20,594 bases of DNA from Scenedesmus sp. PABB004 (Eukaryota), in NCBI GenBank assembly GCA_014905635.1, contig JABVCE010000037.1, forward strand, positions 248,001-268,594, given 5' to 3'. Position numbers and translations under genes: made by a program. Under the pieces are notes generated by a model, which saw only the letters and a program-made list of their open reading frames with translations, made no database searches and was not told where the DNA came from. Every line of letters starts with the position of its first letter. Position 1 is the first letter of the stretch. Below are positions 19,167 through 20,594 of this stretch, in pieces.

Positions 19167-20594
19167 ATGCGTTCGCTCCCGCGCATGGCGCTCTGCCTGC
19201 TGCTGCTAGAGCTGCTCTCGCCCGCGCCGGCAGCGAGCACCCAGGCGCCGCGGCAGCGGCGGCAGCAGCAGCAGCGGCAGCAGCACGAGGTGCCGCCGGC
19301 GCTCGCGGCGGCGCAGGCGCGCGCGGCGGCCGCGGCGGCGGCGGCAGCGGCGACGGCGCCCCCGGAGCAGCGCCGCCGCGCCCTGCTCGCGGCGGGCGCG
19401 GCGGCGGCGCGCGTAACGCGACCGCGGAGGAGGCACGCTTGGCAGCGCTGCCGGTCGGCAGCACGACCGAGGTGGTGGCGGAGACGGTGCTGCGCGCGTC
19501 GCTGCTGGAAGGATACGACGCCAACGTGTTCCCCTGGGCCGAGGCGGGCCCCGCAAACGTGAGCGTCAACCTCGCCCTGCACAAGATCCTCGACGTCGAC
19601 CTGTGAGAGGGGGGGGGGGGCACGCGCGCCGGCAGCGGCGCGCGCGCGCCCGGGCCGCTGCCCGCCGCGCCCGCCCACCGCCCCAAGCGCGCGCCCCGCC
19701 GCCGCCGGCGCGCGCAGCTATGGCGGCACCCTGAACATCGCGGTGTGGCACCGGCTCGAGTGGACCGACCCGCGGCTGACCTGGGACGCGGCGGCGTTCA
19801 ACGTGTCGAGGCTCTGGTTTGCAAACGCGCAGCAGGGCGACACCGAGATCTGGCAGCCCGACGTCGTGCTGTGGAACGGCGCGCAGCCGATCGCCTCCAC
19901 GCTCGGGCAGGAGCCGCTCGCCGTCGACCCGGGCGGCCGCGTCTTCTGGTCGCGCCGGGCACCTTCCTCGTCGCCTGCAACTTCAGGGTGCGCGGGTCCA
20001 GCCCCCCGGCGCCGCGCCCGCCGCCGCGGCGCGCCGTGCGTGCGGCGACGGCCGCGCCGCGCGCCGCCTGACGCCGCCCGCCGACGCGCCGCGCCCCAGG
20101 GGCTGAGCGCGTACCCTTTCGGTCTGTCGGTGCAGCCTTGAGCTCGGGAGTTGGGTTTATGGGCCCCGCTCTGTCGACCTGCACCTGCAGGGCAAGGTGC
20201 GGCCCGCCGTCGGCGCGAGCTCGCGGCCGCCGCCGCCCGTCGCCTCCGCTGCCGCTGCCACCACTGCCTCCGCGCGCGCGCTATGCGGCGTGAGCATGGC
20301 ACGCTCATCAGCCGAGCGCGGCGCGCAGGGCTACACCGTGGGCGGCAGCATCACGAGCGTCGAGTCGACGGTGTGGACCGAGTACACCATCGCCGGCGTC
20401 GAGGCAAGGCGCTTCACCTACCCGCCCCTCCCCTGCTGCCCACACGGTCAGCGTGGCGGGGGCGGGGCGTGCTCCGGCGCGCGCCGCCGGCGCGGTCAAC
20501 CGCGGTCAACCGCGGTCAAGCAACCCAAACCGCGGCCCTGAACCCCGACCGCACGCGCAGAGAGCGGGTGGCCGGTCGTGCTCATCGACGTCGC
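19167..20594 (+). CDS. Cys-loop (pentameric) ligand-gated ion channel, nicotinic-receptor-like extracellular domain; partial, continues off the right edge
   Basis: Exons 19167-19602, 19718-19987, 20100-20196, 20329-20446 and 20561-end. Signal peptide, then LLEGYDANVFP, VSVNLALHKILDVD, WHRLEWTDPRLTWD, IWQPDVVLWN, GRVFWSR(P)G, Cys-loop CNFRGLSAYPF..CSLELGSWVY and loop C YPPLPCCPHESGWP. Frame corrections are needed at ~19395, ~19955 and ~20121-20130. Confidence 0.88.
20491..20520. repeat. Intronic 10-bp tandem repeat (CGCGGTCAAC)x3
   Basis: cgcggtcaac cgcggtcaac cgcggtcaag, within intron 20447-20560. Confidence 0.8.

Noticed and set aside
208..20560. Introner-type mobile intron family
   Set aside because: The introns share only GC-rich low complexity and splice signals. 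I saw no extended mutual similarity or terminal repeats except in the duplicated segments.

Overview
This is extremely GC-rich, intron-dense eukaryotic nuclear DNA, most consistent with a chlorophyte green alga. Supporting signs are short GT/GC-AG introns, CTGAC-type branch sites, TGTAA motifs just downstream of two stop codons and an algal-type MYND gene; the lineage is inferred. Most ORFs in the supplied track are spurious. By splicing manually I recover seven genes: (1) a partial MscS-like (MSL2/3-type) channel, minus strand, running off the left edge; (2) a CDPK/CAMK-like Ser/Thr kinase without EF-hands (-); (3) Mediator subunit MED10 (+); (4) a MYND zinc-finger protein (-); (5) a large secreted protein (-) built as signal peptide + papain-family C1A protease with intact catalytic residues + interrupted LysM + three capped LRR solenoids; (6) a secreted TolB/PD40 beta-propeller protein (-); (7) a partial nicotinic-receptor-like Cys-loop ligand-gated channel with vicinal loop-C cysteines (+). 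There are two local duplications: a 765-bp near-perfect direct repeat of the kinase 5' end that brackets MED10, and a diverged ~600-bp relic of the LRR gene 3' end. About 5 of 28 modelled introns use GC donors. Several small frameshifts at G/C runs look like sequencing errors. The best candidate for an undescribed system is the protease-LysM-LRR fusion, a possible secreted algal immune sensor-effector.
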